Part shown: positions 1-14,700 of the stretch, piece by piece | How positions within the stretch are numbered: the stretch's first letter is position 1 | How the letters are laid out: each line of letters begins with the position of its first letter | Assembly (NCBI RefSeq): GCF_009914755.1 | Contig: NC_060929.1 | Length of the DNA: 64,000 nt | DNA from: the human T2T-CHM13v2.0 reference genome, Homo sapiens | Direction: 5' to 3' (one strand) | Position numbers and translations under genes: made by a program | The notes under the pieces: model-generated | Seen by the model: only the letters and a program-made list of their open reading frames with translations | The model's database searches: none | Told to the model about the DNA's origin: nothing

Positions 1-878
1 CACTATTGAGATTTTCCCAGAATTCCTTGGGCCTCAAGCCCTTTGTCCTGCTCTCCCTGCTCCACCCTTGCTTAGCCAAAGGGAAACCAGACATTCTTGA
101 CATGAAAATTTTCCACATCCTTCAGGGCAATCTTTTGGTGCCAGAAATAGTCAGTAGGATTTGGGAGTTAGCCCAGGCCACTAAAAATAGCTTTCATTGC
201 CCCCCGGAAGGCCTGCGCCATCTCGACTCCAGACGGCCTAATGAGCTGCCCGCCTGGGCCAGCGCCTTAAATGACCAAGAGCTCTGCTGGTCTGGCTGAT
301 CAAGGGCGCAGAGGAGGTCAGCTCCCACTCAGCTTCCTCAAACCGCCTATCAGGCCAGGACCACCCGGGCCGCCCACCCAGAGACATCCCCTCCTCCACC
401 CACTGGCATGCTTATGTCCTTGACTCAGGCAAGCACAGCACCATCACACGCGTCCACACCTGGACAATCACCCACAGCCTCACGGGTGTCTCTACAAACG
501 GGAACACACAGCCACACCCTCTCTGCCTTCTATACACTTCAACACACCCAAAACAGCCACACACATGCGCTCATGGCTAGCATATCATTTTCACTATATA
601 AATGTCAAGCTGTCCTCTGCATTCCTAACACAGTGGTTCCAAACTTTCCTATCTTTGCATCTATTCCTCCGCAACTCCCACTCCGTCCCAGGAAGATTTT
701 TGTTAAATTTGCATTTTTCTATTGGGACCTGGAGCTTGAGAACAAGAAAACAAGAAGTTTGAATACACATTCTCAAAATATTTTCAAACTGTCTGCTGCT
801 CCCCCGATCTGACATCTGTCCTCTACCTGCCTCCTATCAAGTCAACGAGAATCCAAGGCCAATAAAGAAGGAGGATCT

Positions 879-1165
879 GGCCAGGTGCGGTGGCTCACGT
901 TTGTAATCCCAACACTTTGGGAGGCCAAGGCAGGTGAATCACCTGAAGTCAGGAGTTCGAGACTAGCCTGGCTAACACAGTGAAACCCCGTCTCTACTAA
1001 AAACACAAAAATTAGCTGGGCGTGGTGGCAGGCGCCTGTAATCCCAGCTACTCAGGAGGCTGAGGCAGGAGAATCACTTGAACCCGGGAGGCAGAGGTTG
1101 CAGTGAGCCGAGATCATGCCACTGTACTACAGCCTGGGCAACAGAGCAAGACTCTGCTTCAAAAA
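879..1165 (+). mobile_element. Alu (AluS-like)
   Basis: GGCCAGGTGCGGTGGCTCAC...; dimeric structure. Confidence 0.95.
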
Positions 1166-1432
1166 AGAAAGGAAGGAAGGAAGGAAAGAAAAGAAAAGAA
1201 AGGAGGGAGGGAGGGAGGAAAGAGAAAGAAAGAAACAGAAAGAAAAAGAAAGAAAGAAAAGGAAGGAAAGAAAGCAAGAAAGAAAGAGAAAGAAAAGAAA
1301 GAAAGAAAGGAGGGAGGGAGGGAAGAAAGAGAGAAAGAAGGAAAGAAAGGAAGGAAGGAAGGAAGGAAAGAAAGAAAGGAAGGAAGGAAGGAAGGAAGGA
1401 AAGAAAGGAAAGAAAGAAAAGAAAAGAGAAAA
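1161..1432. repeat. (GAAA/GGAA)n polypurine tract grown from Alu tail
   Basis: About 270 bp of almost pure purine. Confidence 0.95.
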
Positions 1433-2304
1433 TCCCTGGGGAGCACCCAGGGGGCTCCAGATCCTCAGCCCAGCCTTGCAGCTTGACCCTCACAGCCCGG
1501 TCTAGGAGGGAGAAGGTGGGAAGGTGCCCTGCCCAGGGTGAGGGGCCAGGGCTAGGAGGCCAAGACACCTGGAGGTCATTGCTACACACAGGAGCAGAAG
1601 CATTTGCTGGTGCTTCTACCTAGATTCAGCCCCAGGCTGCCTGCCTGCTCTCTGAAGGGGAAACAGAAGAGGAAGAAGAAGAGGTCTATACTGGAACTAG
1701 CCCGCAAAAATGTGGAGGCCACATCCTTGCCCTGCGGAAAAGCAGAGAAAGAAGAACTGCCTGCCAGGGTCTGACAAGACCCCAGCAGCAAGGCAGGAAG
1801 TGGGGTTCCCGTCAGGACCCTCCCACCCACATTCTGACCTGTGCCGGGAACTTTCCCTTCACTACACTTCAGCTCCCACTGGCAGGTGGTGTACACAGGG
1901 CACCTTCCTGTGCAGACAGTCCATGGTCCTGTTCATTCACTCATCCATTTATTCCAAAACACATTTCTTGAGCACCTGCTATGTTCTAGGCCTGGGCTGG
2001 TGCTGGGAGAAACAGCTGTGAACAAGACCGCCAAGGTCCCTGCCCTACCAGTGCCTACAGGGCCGTCAGGAAGATAACACTAAGCCACAGTCACCCTTTA
2101 ACAGAAGCTGGAGCAGTGCCTGGGGCATCGCGTGCTCAGGGAATGCAGGCTGCATGGGACAGCCATGGCTGAGGGTGCTATTAACCAAGGAATGGGTGCC
2201 CAGACAGAGCAACGTAGGCCACAGGAGGTAATGCAATCGATAAGACCCTCTGAGCAGGGGGAGAAGCCAGCCTCACAAAAGGGTGTGGAGAGGGGTGGGA
2301 ATAT

Positions 2305-2560
2305 GTTGGGTGTGAGTGTGCATGCGTGTGACTACACGTGAGTGTGTATGGGAATGGGTATTGTGTGAGCAAACGTATTTGAGTGTGAATATTATGTGTG
2401 TGTGGGTGCGTGAGTGTGTGTGGTTGCTTGTGAGCGTGTGTGTGTGTGTTAGTGTTCGGGAATGTGTGGGTGGGTGTGAGCATGTGTGAGCGTGAGCATG
2501 TGTGAGTGCATGTATTTGAGCGTGTATGTGAGCATGTGTGGTGTGCGTTTGTTGGGTGGA
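2305..2560. repeat. Degenerate (TG)n low-complexity repeat
   Basis: Visible TG/GTGA repeats. Confidence 0.9.
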
Positions 2561-3114
2561 GGGGTTAGAGTTCCAGGCAGAGGGAAAGGTGCAAATGCTC
2601 TGCAGTGGGAATAAGCTCAGTTTCTTGAAGAAATGAAAGAAAACCCACGTGTTGTTTGCAGTGGTCAGTGGAAGGGACACTATGCCGTAGTGATGCATAG
2701 TGAGGGCTTGCCATGTGCCTGACCCTGTGCTTACTACAGTAACTCATTTGGCTCTCTCCACAACCTGATGAGCTATATTCTATTACTAATCCATTTTACA
2801 GGTGAAGAACCTGAGACACTGAGAAGTTAAATAACACCCAAGGTCACAGACGTCGGAAGCAACACCACTAGAATTTCAACCACAGGCCTTGCTCTTAACC
2901 ACTCTGCCAGGGACCCAGACTAGCTGGGCCTATGGAGGACACAGAAAGAGTTGGGCTTTATCCTGGATAAGATGGTAAGCCACTGGAAGGTTCTAAGCAG
3001 AAATATGACTTCATGTATTAGAATTAGGTTCATTTCCAATAAAAGCCCAGCATTACAGTAGCTTAAACAACACAGAAAGATAAAAATATAGTTTGCTCAC
3101 ACACACAAAAAGCC

Positions 3115-4650
3115 CACCAGATTTAAGAGAATGAGAAGACAAGCCTCAGGTTGGGAGAAAATATTTGCAAAAGATATATCTGATAAAGAGCTGTCATCCA
3201 AAATACACATAGAGCTCTTAAAATTCAACAGTATGGAAACAACCCACTTTAAAAATGAATAAAAGATACCTTAGATACCTTACAAACAAGATACACAGAT
3301 GGCAAGCGAGCCTGTGAAAAAATGCTCAGCATCATGTGTCATCAGAGAAATTCAAATTAAAGCAACAGTGAGACACCACTACACACCTAGTTAAATGGCC
3401 AAAATCCAAAACTCGGATGCCACCAAATGCTGGAGAGGATGTGGGGCAATAGGAAGTCTCATCCAGGGCTGGTGAAAATGAAAAATGCTACAGCCACTTT
3501 GGAAGACAGTTTGACAGCTTCTTACAAAACTAAACATACTCTTGCCATGCAACCTAGCAATTGTGCTCCTTGGCATTTACCTAAAGGAATTGAAAATATT
3601 TCCACACAAAAACCTGCATGTGGATGTTTATAGCATCCAAACTCACAATTGCCAAAACTTGGAAGCAAGCATGATGTCCTTCAGCAGGTAAGTGAATAAA
3701 CTGTAATACATCCAGAGAATGAAATATTATTCTGTGTTAAAAAGAAATGAGCTATCAAAGCCATAGAAGAGACATGGATGAATCTCAAATGCATATTACT
3801 AAGTGAAAGACATTGATCTGAAAAGGCTACATACCATATGACATTCTGAAAAAGGCAAAACTACGGAGACAGTGAAAAGATCAGTGGTTGCCAGGAGTTA
3901 TGGGGAGGGAGGGCTGAATACGCAGAGTATAGAGGATTTTGAAGGCAGTGAAACTCCTCTGTATGATACTACAATTGGGGATACCTATCACTAGACATTT
4001 GTCCAAACCCACAGAATGTCCAATACCAAGGGCGAATCCTAATGTAAACTATGGACTTTGGGTGATACTGATGTGTCAGTGTCGTTAACAGACTGTAACA
4101 AGTGCACCACTCGCTCTGGTGGGGAATGTTGACAGTGGAGAAGTCTATGTGTATGTGAGGACGGGAGTATATGCGAAATCTCTGTACCTTCTGCTCAATT
4201 TTGCCATGAGCCTAAAACTGCTCTAAGAAATGGAGTCCATTGAAAAAATTTTTTTAAAAAGAGCCAATGATGCACACGAAAACATGGATTAATCTCAAAA
4301 AGCATGCTAATTGAAATAGACACAATAAAGGAATACTATATAATTCCACTTATAGAAAACTCTAGAAATCACAACTTTAGTCTACAGTGACAGAAAGCAT
4401 AATGCTAGTTGGCTAAGGTGGGGAGGTTACGGACTGATTGGGAAGGAGCACAAAGGAATTTTTGACCACGGATATGTTCCATATCTTGAATGTATTGGTA
4501 GGTATAATACAGTCTGCAAACAATTGTTGAAATTTAAAAATATACAAAACTGTATAAATCTGTCAGAATATATTAAATTGTAAGCTTAAGTGAGATATAG
4601 TTATTAAAATAAATATTATCTCAATGAAGTTAGAAAAAGGAAAACTTTAA
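3115..4650 (+). mobile_element. Old L1 (L1M) 3' fragments
   Basis: GGGAGAAAATATTTGCAAA...; GAATCTCAAATGCATATTACTAAGTGAAAGA; TAATGTAAACTATGGACTTTGGGTGAT, typical of L1MB/MC 3' ends. Confidence 0.8.
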
Positions 4651-4695
4651 AAAGTGCACCAGAGCTAATGATAGTGCTCTGCTCCATGAAGTCCT

Positions 4696-5160
4696 TGTCA
4701 GACATATGAAGGGTCTGAGATTTCTTTTCTCCTACTTGCAAACTAACAACGAGCTTACCACAATTGCACAGATGCCAGCAGAAGACTCAGGACTCTTAGG
4801 TCAGAGACAAAGGACTTTATTACTCACAACACAGTAGGCAGCTCAAGCTTTATCTTTGCTCTGGTTTACTTGCCTCCTAAGTTCCATGGGGCTGGAGCAG
4901 GAGGCCCAGGTGGATCCTGTGCACACAGGGCTCATGTCAGAGCTGAGATATACTGAGCTTAGGAAACTCCTAATCTTATAAGCATAAGAGGCTGCTAACG
5001 AACCCGGTCAACATTCAACCTGGAGAAAGGCATTATCTTTATAATCCTGGTCAGGAAATAAATCTGTCCTCTGCTCCAGAGTGAGACACTATTCCTGCTC
5101 CCCCAGGCTATTTGTCATATAAACATCCTGAAAAGATGGTTCCACGCAAAAGGTGTCACA
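4696..5160. mobile_element. ERV/LTR-like element, family not determined
   Basis: TGTCAG start, GGGTCTGAGAT, GTCAGAGACAAAGGACTTTATTACTCAC, ...TGTCACA end. Confidence 0.45.
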
Positions 5161-5863
5161 AGAGGTATAAGAATGCCATGGAGAATTGCCCCTCAACAGT
5201 CCTAAGGGAAGGAGACTCCCTCTGTCTTTCTGCTCTGCCGTCATTCCCGACATCACTTCATGGCTAAAAATGGCTGCCTCAGCTCCAGCCATCACTCTGT
5301 ATTCCAGACCACAGGAAGGACAAAACAGGGAAGAAATGTATCAGCCCTCTCTTTAAGGACACTCCCTGGAAGTTGCACACACATTAGGTTTGACATTCAA
5401 ACAGCTATGTCTGGCTGTAAGAGAGGCTGGGGAATGTGGACATATACCTGGCCAAAAGCCTATTACTAAGGAAGACTAGAGCCTGGGGAACAACCAGCCT
5501 TTCTGCTCTACATAGTCAGTGTCACAGTGGTCTGTGAATCTCTACATAGTCAGCATCACAATGGTCTGTCACAATGGTCTGTAAGTGGTCTATCAAGTGC
5601 TGAGGACACAGGACACATGAACCTTTATTCTAGGAGTCCTTGGGGGAGCTTCTCATTTAGTGCCATCCTTGGTACTTCCTACTTTCCCCAACCTTAAAGG
5701 GGATGTTAGGCCCCTGAGTGAGGGTGGGATTCACCCTTGTCTTGCCTGGTACAGTGGAAGGCCCTGCCAGGCTTAGGTCTTGGACCACACACTGTGTTAA
5801 ACCTGAGCTGTGGGTAAGTCCTCTCCTTCTCCAGGCCTCAGCTACTCCCTCCAGGTGACATGG

Positions 5864-6917
<1,054 letters not shown>

Positions 6918-9378
6918 ATGGTTTGCTAAACGTGGCAATAATAATAAGCCCACCAAGCAGGCTAGATGGATGTACTAAATCAGTCACATATGTAAAGCAA
7001 ATACTGGGTGAGACCTGTCTCAAAAAATAAAGCAGATAAGTAGGAATCTGAAGCCCAGAGAGGTGATGTAACTTGCTGAGAGTCACACAGCAAGGAAATG
7101 CTACACTTGGGGCTAGAACACAAAGCTGCTGCCTGAAGTCTTTGGCTATGGCTCAGAAAGTCTTAAGTCATTGATGATGATGAGGACATGACGAAGGAGA
7201 GTGGCCAGTGAAACCTACAACAGACCCTTCCTCTGGCTCATGGTGAAGGGAGAACAGCCTAAACTGCTCATCCGATGATGACATTGAGGGAAGCTGGGGC
7301 CAGCGGACAGGCTAGTGCTTTCCAGTCCTTCTTCCCGGCTGGTCATTTCCTTGGCTTCAGAGCAGCCCGGTGCCCACACTCTGAAACACCCACCGCAGGG
7401 GACACGGGGCTCTGATCCTTTTTGCGTAAAATAGCAGCATAAGGGCAGGGACCCTCATGAGGGCTCTTGGGAATTCAGTTCTAGGGAAGAAGGTTGGGCC
7501 TGGAACAAGTCCTGAGGCCTTTATTCCTCTTATAAAATCTATGGAACAGCAATAAATTGGCATCAGGTCATCCCTCGACACTTGAGATGGGAGTCCTTCC
7601 TGTGCCACGTGCTCAGCCTTCTAGGGCTCAAGGGTCACCTCTTCCAGGAAGCCTTCCTGTATTGTTCTCTCCTCTGCCCACTCTTCCCTGCATTTCTCCA
7701 CCCCCTTGCTCTGCCCGCACCTCACCTACAGCCCCCAGATCACTGTGGCAAAATCATGGGCCAATGCATCAGTCTCCACCACTTGCCAGGAGAGCCTGAG
7801 GTCAGAAACCGTGTCTCTCCCATCCCTGTGCACCCAGCGTCCCATGCAGGGCCCGGCACTACTAATAGCTCAGTATGGTTGGTTCCCTGACTGAACTGTG
7901 GGCGGGAGCTAGAGCATGTGTCTCCACCAGAACTGTCTTCCAAAGCCTCCCTAGCAACACCCACAGCAGGACCCCAAACGCTGCCACTGCCTTGAGGCTC
8001 TTCCAGGCTGGTCATATCCTAGAAGGAGGTCCCTCGCCCACAAAGTGTTCCTTCATGTATTCAATCATTCACTTCCTCAACAATGTGCCTAGCCCTGCAG
8101 TGGGGGCTGGGGACACAGAAATGAAAAAGGCACAATCTTGCCCTCAGGTGGCTCACAGTCAGGTGAGGGAGGCCAAGACCCTCTCCCCTGCCTCCCTCCA
8201 TCCTTGCCTGTCTTCCTTCTTCCTTTCCGTATGTATTTATTGGGCAGGAGACACACAACTACGCAGTGACAAGTGCCAGGAAGGTGGCTGTTGAGAGCTC
8301 TGCGGGAGTCCCGAGAAGAATCCCCAGCGGTCACTAGAGGCCTTGACGAAAGAGATTTCCAGGAGACTCAGCATAGATGTTGAATCTTCCTATTGGAGGA
8401 GAAGCTGTGAGTCATAAGCCCCGAGCAGCCCTACAGATTTCCCCATGAATCACTCACTGCCCTCTTCTCTTCGTTGGAGGCACACGCCATGGGGAATTCT
8501 CCTTCGGACGGGAGGGAGGAAATATGGGGGAAGTGGTAGGAGGACAGGGCTCAGAGTGGAGTCCCCGAAGTAGATTTTCCCATTATCTTTCTAGACCCAA
8601 AGCCCTGACCCCAGAAGCTGAGCCCCAGGATGGCCCCGGTCTTGAATAGCCAGGACCCTCGTGTGGTTTCCTGCTTACAAAGCGCTTTCACACACTTTAT
8701 TTCATCTGCACACCACTGTGTGTTATGGGAAGGTCTCCAAGGGAAACTGCTTCATGAGGAAGGGAAAGAGGCTGGTCGAGCAGCAAAGAATCACTTCCGC
8801 CTAGCTTGGACCCAGGACCCACCCAGGAGGGAAGGGAATTGTCCGCAGCCTGCAAAGATCTTTCACTTATCCATCACATTCATTGAGCACTCCCCTGCAC
8901 GCCAAGCACTGTTCTAAGGGCAGGATGGCCAAGGTCCAGGCAGAAAGAAGAGCATGGGGCCCAGTGCAGGAGTGAACGTTGCCAGCGCTAGATAAAGCAA
9001 TGAGGCCAGGCTGGCTAGAAGAGACGAATGAGGGAGGAGAGTGGCAAAGATGCGGTCAGAGATGTGCAGCAAGATAGTATCAGGTCTTGTAGCCTTTGTT
9101 AGGATGTGTCTTTTAGCCTGAGTGAGATGGGAGCCATGAGAGGGTTTGAATAGAGGAGAAAAATTATCTGATATGCTAAAAGTTTCCCTCTGGATTTTTA
9201 AAAGCCCGACTCCCTTCTAGTCATGGCAGAGCACGGAATTCAGAACAATTCTACTGGTGAGGACAAGGTAAGTTGGACAAAATATTAACATATTTTCGTT
9301 TAAAGGCATTATGACACTAAAAGGCAGTGAGGAACTTTGGGACCAAGACCTGGGAAAAGAAAAGTCAGAGGGATGAGC

Positions 9379-9773
<395 letters not shown>

Positions 9774-9999
9774 GTCGGTCAGAGGGATGAACACAGCCCT
9801 TGGGACCTCTTTTCCCCAAAGGGTATCTGCCAATTCTGAAATAAAAGGATCAAAGGCTGAGAAGTTGAGTGGAACTTTTAAAAGACTCATGGATCTAATG
9901 GGATGAAAGTTAAAGCTCAGGGCACACCAAGGGAGATCCTGGCACACCCCCATACTTTTGGGAGTATTACCCAAAAAAAAAAAAAAATCCAGGCTGGAG

Positions 10000-10730
10000 G
10001 GTCTGGTAGATTCACCAAGCTTTTAGTTGAAACTCCAAAGGGATACACCAATGGACTAAGAATGAACCAGTCATAACAGGATCTAAAGCCCAGCTTCAAG
10101 TCATCTCAACTCATCTCAATCTCTGCTTGGATTAAGGTGATGTGGGGTTCCTAACACCCCTAGACACCTCCTACAAATGGAAAATAACATTATCTTAAGC
10201 TTCAAATGATCTCTAAAATTTTTCATATACAATGCCTGACAACCAAAAATATGAGAAAATGAAACATAATCAAAAATCAAGAGAAAAAATAGGCAACAGA
10301 AATAAACACAAGGATCCAGATAGTTATTGGTTACACACATTAATTCTGTTTAATATGCTAAAGTATATAAATGGAGAAATAATAACTGAGATTTATCCAA
10401 GGCAAATGAAAGGAGAAATAATAACTGAGAATTATCCAAGGCAAATGAAAGGCATCAAACCACAGATTCAAAAACCCCATGAATCACAAGCAATATAAAC
10501 AGGAAAAAAAAAACTATAGGCATATTATAAATAAAACTGCTAAAAGTCAAAAACAAAGAGAAATTCCTAAAGCAGAGAAAAAAGACAGATCACCCTCAGA
10601 GGGACAACAAGGCAGTTAGCTGACTTCTCAGCAGACGTAACAAGTCAGAAGACAATGGATTGTATCTTCAAAGTGATTAAATAAGGTCAAAACTTGAATT
10701 CTTTACCCAGGAAAAATTCTTCAATAATGA
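10000..10730 (+). mobile_element. Old L1 5'/ORF1-region fragment
   Basis: A-rich; GCTGACTTCTCAGCAGA...GTCAGAAGACAATGGA...ATCTTCAAAGTG resembles L1 ORF1 3' part. Confidence 0.6.
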
Positions 10731-11030
10731 GGCCGGGCACAGTGGCTCACGCCTGTAATCCCAACACTTTGGGAGGCCAAGGCAGGTGGATCACCTGAGG
10801 TCAGGAGTTCGAGACCACCCTGGCCAACATGGTGAACCCCTGTCTCCACTAAAAATACAAAAATTAGCCGGGCAGTGTGGCAGACACCTGTAATCCCAGC
10901 TAATCAGGAGCCTGAGGCAGGAGAATCGCTTGAATCCAGGGGGATGGAGGTTGCAGTGAGCCAAGATCACACCACTGCACTCCAGCCTGGGTGACAGAGA
11001 GACTCCATCTAAAAAAAAAAAAAAAAAAAT
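10731..11030 (+). mobile_element. Alu (AluS-like)
   Basis: Full-length; TSD core TCTTCAATAATGA on both sides. Confidence 0.95.
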
Positions 11031-11805
11031 CTTCAATAATGAAGATAAAAACATTTGTAGGGAATTAGAAACTAGAATTTGTTCTCAGAAGCTAATGCCC
11101 TAAATGCAACACTAAAAGGATAGCTTTGCCTGCTGGTTGAAAATAGACATAGAGGGGCTGTGCTGAGGCAAGGAAGCCAGCTTGGAGGCTGCAACACTTT
11201 AGGCAATATATGATGGTGGCTGAACCGGAGAGGTAGGTTTGGTCTCAAACTCCTGGCATCAAGTGATCCTCCTGCCACGGCCTCCTAAAGTGCTAGGGTT
11301 ACAGGCATGAGTCACCATGCCTAGCTCAGAGAAGTAGTTTTGGAAATGATGAGAAGTGATATATTTGGGAAATGGATGTGTTTGAAAGTGGACCTGTCTC
11401 AATTTGCCATTGAATTAAATATAGGTTATGAGGGAAAGGGAGGAGTCAAGGGTGTCTCCAAAGTTTTTGACCTGAACTAATGGAAGAATGAAGTTGCTAT
11501 TAACAAAGGTGGGAAGACTACAGAAGGAGCTGGTTTTGGGTGACGCAAAGGTTTGTTTTTGGAATTGCCAAATTTGAGAGTCTATTTGACAAACAAATGG
11601 AAATGTCAAGGAAGCTACTGGCTATTCAAGTCTGCAGTTAGGGGAGAGGTCTAGGCTAGAGATATGAGTTTGTTTCCTTTTTTCATATTTCCCTTATAAT
11701 GATGAAGATAATGACAATGATGGTTAAAATAGCTAACATTTATTCTTTACTATGTGTCAGGCACTGTGCAAAACATTTTATATATACTATTTCATTTCAT
11801 CTTGA

Positions 11806-12137
<332 letters not shown>

Positions 12138-12166
12138 ATGAAGTAAATACTTTAACTCCCTTTTTA

Positions 12167-13479
12167 TTTATTTTATTTTATTTTATTTTTTTGACTTGCA
12201 TCACCTTTTATTACACAAAATAGATTTCAGCCATGTTGCACATTCATTCTCGCTATAGATCTGGCTTTTAAAAAATCCCTAGGGATTCAGTCTCATCGAT
12301 TTCATGATTTTCCTTTCATTGATGTCAGGCCTCTATTGTAGTCAGAGTCCTCTCAAAGGACAAAAGCAGATATGGCTGCCTTGGATCAGCTGCACGCAGT
12401 GCACTCCCGACCTGGCCGCTGGAGGCGCGGCTCCCATCACCTGCACCGCGACTGCTAGGGACTGTCAAAGCGGCAGCATGCCATCGCCTTCTCCAGCCCT
12501 TCTCCAGCAGCACAACCAGTCCTCCCAGCTGGTCCTCTGAGGACCAGCCGTCATGGCGACGTGGTGGCAATGTCCCCAGGCAGCCGACCATCCTGGGCTT
12601 CTCTTTGGACAGGCCTGGGCCAGGACCTTAGGGGATCTCTGTGTCCATGGTATAAATCTGAATGAGATCAGACACAATATTATCAATGATTGGCTTGGTA
12701 AGGTCTTCACCAAACACCTGCCACCACGGCTTCTCAGCCTTAACCTCGGCGGGCACCTCAACTCCGTAGACCTGCAGGGCCAGGTAGAGCACCGCCACCG
12801 CGATGTGCTGGGCCTGGAAACGGAGGCACAGACCCCCGTGGTAGCTGTCCCGCAACAGGGCCCAGGCAGTGACGGCAACCGGGGTCCGCTGCCAGCTGTG
12901 GCGGTTCAGAGTTTTTGAGGGAAACCAGGTAGTGGAGCAGGTACTTGTGTGGAAGCTGGAAGGAGACCTGGAAGCGCAGAACTCTCAGCATGAGAAGCTC
13001 ACACTGCACAATGCTGTCCCGGAGCTCCCAGAAGCGGGATTCCAATTCCAGGGGCTCACCGCTCGGGTTAAAGTACCTGTTGGACACATTGATGATGTCA
13101 TGAGTCCGCAGGTGCTGCTTTTCCGCTTTGCCGGCCAAGTAAATGGAAGACACGGCAATCAGGTAAGGGTCATAAGCGTCCAGGTTGGTATTGCAAAAGA
13201 ACTTATGGTAAATGGTGCAAGCAGTGGCAATGGGAATGGACCTCATCCCTAGCTTGACACCTGCCTCCATGATGAACCTCGCCACTCGGAAGTGCACCCT
13301 GGCTTCGGGCGCCGGTTGCCCCTCGGGGCCCCGCGCTGCAGGCCCCCCTCCGCCGCCCTCCGGGGCTTCCATGAGGCCCGGCGGCCCCGGCGGAAGGAGA
13401 GGCTGCTTTGCGCGCAGAGGCCAGCAGAGCGGGGGGGGGGGTGCTCGCCACTCCTCCGCCCCACCCCACACGAGGGTCC
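12167..13479 (-). pseudogene. Processed pseudogene (retrocopy) of CCNQ/FAM58A (cyclin Q / cyclin M)
   Basis: Intronless [15 protein letters not shown]...IYTMDTEIP from ATG 13372 to TAA 12628; 2-bp deletion at 12909/12910; AATAAA 12207-12212; degenerate poly(A) 12167-12192; 13-bp TSD AACTCCCTTTTTA at 12154-12166 and 13480-13492. Confidence 0.95.
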
Positions 13480-14391
13480 AACTCCCTTTTTAGAGATGTC
13501 AAAACTGAGGGTTTGAGAGGAGAAATAATCCACTCAAAGTCATACAGACACTAACTAGTTGGACCTATCAGTTTTGTCCCAGGTATTTGGAACAGAATCT
13601 CAAAATTTCCTTTGGTGGTATGATTTTCACATCTACTGAGTGTTTTACAAACCATGGGTACTTAAAATATGTTTATTGGATGAGTGAATGATTGGTGTCA
13701 ATCTTGGTGAAACTTTTAAATCCCATCTTTGCAGTGTGCTCCACTGCAGAGGGCTGTGCAGGCTGGGAGGGAAGGAGGGCCCAGGGGTCAGAAGTATGCA
13801 GTCCCCCCCCGGCCCTTGTAGGGGAACCCATCCCTGCAAGAACCAGTCACATCTCCATAACACCAACCGACCTTCTGAAGGTCCAGGATCCCTCACTGCC
13901 TCTTCCCAGAAAGTGTCTATTTCCTTCCCACTTTGTCTCCCTGAACCAGCCTTCAGGAACCCTGGGGATTCCAGGACCCTCCCAAGTTTGGGTATGGAAG
14001 GGACTTAGCACTGGCAGATGGGTGGGAGAGGAGAATAGATGAGGTTCACCGCAGGTTCTTCTTACACATGAGGGTACGAGGCCCCGAAAGGGGAAGCAGC
14101 TTGCCCCAGGTTAGTGGAGCAGGGCTAGATGGGCTTAGAACAGAGGCCACTGCTCCAAAGCTCTGATGGCCTAGAGTAAAGCGTTGTCTGATGCGCGCCC
14201 AGGGTGTCACTTTGGTGAGGCAGCCCACTTTTGTGGGCGCTCAAGCACGAGCGCCCCTCCGGAGCGCTCCAGAGCCACTCCGGAGGGGCGCTCATGCTTG
14301 AGGGACAGAATAGGGAGCAGCTGAGTCACAAGAGAATATTACTGGGCCGTATTACAGATTGGGAAAACAGAGGTTAAAGAGTTTGATAGCA

Positions 14392-14700
<309 letters not shown>

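Noticed and set aside
1074-1623. Long K/E/R-rich and F/S/L-rich ORFs (also about 9540-9974 and 55227-55746)
   Set aside because: Translations of GA-rich microsatellites plus Alu; stop-free because of composition.
2181-2698. His/Thr-rich and Cys/Val-rich ORFs (also 37181-37557)
   Set aside because: Translations of (TG)n/(CA)n repeats.
12628-13372. Functional CCNQ gene
   Set aside because: No introns, poly(A) remnant, TSDs and a frameshift mark it as a retrocopy.
12304-13533. Antisense and alternative-frame ORFs over the cyclin retrocopy, including the GTG-started 33-aa extension of ORF 12758-13471
   Set aside because: Shadows of the CCNQ coding sequence; the extension is retroposed 5'UTR.
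14275-14293. CTCF motif in the hairpin arm (CCGGAGGGGCGC)
   Set aside because: One G short of the AG-RK-GGC core spacing; cannot be supported without a PWM scan.
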